From: Candidatus Micrarchaeota archaeon
GTDB lineage: Archaea > Micrarchaeota > Micrarchaeia > Burarchaeales > JAKAKT01
DNA: 14,705 bases
Assembly (NCBI GenBank): GCA_041305385.1
Contig: JBFYLO010000007.1
Span: 1-14,705 of the forward strand
Direction of reading: 5' to 3'
This document shows, in pieces, positions 13,841-14,705 of this stretch. Under the pieces are notes generated by a model that was given only the letters and a program-made list of their open reading frames with translations, ran no database searches and was not told where the DNA came from. The stretch's first letter is position 1, and each line of letters opens with the position of its first letter. The position numbers were made by a program, and so were the translations under genes.

Positions 13841-14683
13841 ATGGGAAGGAAAAAGAAAACGAAAAAAGCTGCTGCCAAAAGAGCAGGCAGGGAGAAGCCC
13901 CTGAAAGACCTTATGGACTCAGTGCATCCAGAGAACATGGGCACGTTCTCTTCTCTTTACCTGGACCCCATCGAGGGAGGGTTCAAGATAACGATTTGGA
14001 GCGGGAAGGAGGGCCTCATCGAGGGCTTTGTCTCGGGGAAGGACATGCCCATTTTCGTCAGGAAGGTTCTTGTAAACCGGACAGAGTCCCTGGCTCCTGG
14101 GGAGTCCATAGAGCTCATAGGCAAACGCGAGGAGGACATAGCCCTCATTGCGGAAGAGCCGATTCAGCACCCAGAGGTGAGGGGGGTCCTGACTGCGGAC
14201 CTCAGCATGAAAGAAACCGGGGAGGTGCATCTGAAGATTACGCTCCAGAGGGAAAGGGCGAAGGCCGGCGAGCCCGAGGCAAACATCGACCACCTGACAG
14301 AACTATTCAACCAGGACATAAAGAAGAACATGGGCATACCGGAATATGAGGCAAAGGCAACGGGACTGGTCGGGGAGCTGAGGAAAGCCCAGAAACTCAC
14401 AAAAAACCACAAGGACAGGAAAACGATGGAGTCGATTTGCAAGGCGTCGAAAGCCCTTGGCTCGCTTTCCAAAAAATACGGATTCGTGAAGATTTCGCAG
14501 CTTTCCGACAGCATGGCTGTCCTTTTCGACGCTTATCTTGAGAAGGGGGGCGCAGACCCGGCTTCGCTTCCGATTGTGCTCCAGACCGTCGAAATGCTCG
14601 AGAGGATGGTGGCTGAGCTTTCCCATGGGCCGGATGTGGACTACTTGGTTTCGAGGATATCGAGAAAGGACTCGGCAAGCTAA
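13841..14683 (+). CDS. hypothetical protein (280 aa) with a strongly basic N-terminal tail (MGRKKKTKKAAAKRAGREK..)
   Basis: The ATG is preceded by AGGTGA (13831-13836, overlapping the aquaporin TGA stop) with a 4-nt spacer, which suggests coupled translation with the aquaporin. No recognised domain. Confidence 0.6.
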   Translation: MGRKKKTKKAAAKRAGREKPLKDLMDSVHPENMGTFSSLYLDPIEGGFKITIWSGKEGLIEGFVSGKDMPIFVRKVLVNRTESLAPGESIELIGKREEDIALIAEEPIQHPEVRGVLTADLSMKETGEVHLKITLQRERAKAGEPEANIDHLTELFNQDIKKNMGIPEYEAKATGLVGELRKAQKLTKNHKDRKTMESICKASKALGSLSKKYGFVKISQLSDSMAVLFDAYLEKGGADPASLPIVLQTVEMLERMVAELSHGPDVDYLVSRISRKDSAS

Positions 14684-14694
14684 GGGGGAATTAA

Positions 14695-14705
14695 AGATCG
14701 GAAGA
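14695..14705 (+). other. Illumina adapter read-through (AGATCGGAAGA) at the 3' terminus: a non-biological sequence
   Basis: The last 11 nt exactly match the start of the universal Illumina adapter AGATCGGAAGAGC. The chance of this 11-mer at a fixed position is ~2e-7. Confidence 0.7.

Noticed and set aside
13312-13944. 210-aa minus-strand ORF antisense to the aquaporin gene
   Set aside because: The R/P/G-rich translation is typical of the antisense strand of GC-rich coding DNA. The plus frame carries both NPA boxes.
1-14705. CRISPR arrays, IS elements, integrases, rRNA
   Set aside because: No regularly spaced direct repeats, no transposase- or integrase-like ORFs and no rRNA-like conserved stretches were seen. 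The only repeated element is the 12-mer flanking 8236-9312.

Overview
The window is about 53% GC and densely packed. The coding pattern looks archaeal: AGG/AGA Arg and ATA Ile codons; AT-rich TATA-like boxes about 25 nt upstream of several apparently leaderless ATGs; a recurring GGTGA/GAGGTG Shine-Dalgarno 4-5 nt before internal operon ATGs; and oligo-T terminators. The only clear housekeeping gene is a 5'-partial archaeal-type valyl-tRNA synthetase at the left edge. The rest is a membrane/envelope-centred accessory neighbourhood. It contains a fold-type-I aminotransferase, a trio of small membrane/soluble proteins, and a 107-aa protein ending in a ribosomal P-stalk-like tail (..AEAGFGAIFG). 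One continuous minus-strand run (9174 to 5534) holds a highly basic micro-ORF, a GNAT (Acetyltransf_6/BioF2-like) protein, a flotillin (SPFH), a TspO/MBR protein and a Cys-rich secreted lipoprotein. The window also carries an MFS_3-type transporter, a CorA operon with two extra membrane proteins, and a membrane protein / aquaporin / basic-tailed hypothetical operon. The segment 8236-9312 has lower GC, holds a ~100-nt polypyrimidine tract, and is bracketed by an exact 12-bp direct repeat, so it is a candidate insertion (weak statistical evidence). No tRNA, rRNA or CRISPR array was seen. On contig quality: the last 11 nt are Illumina adapter (AGATCGGAAGA), and an in-frame TAG sits at nt 2-4 immediately before the first valS codon. 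Several ORF-track starts are GTG/TTG artefacts, and downstream ATGs with SD/TATA support are proposed. All functional calls come from motif recognition by eye; no database search was run.
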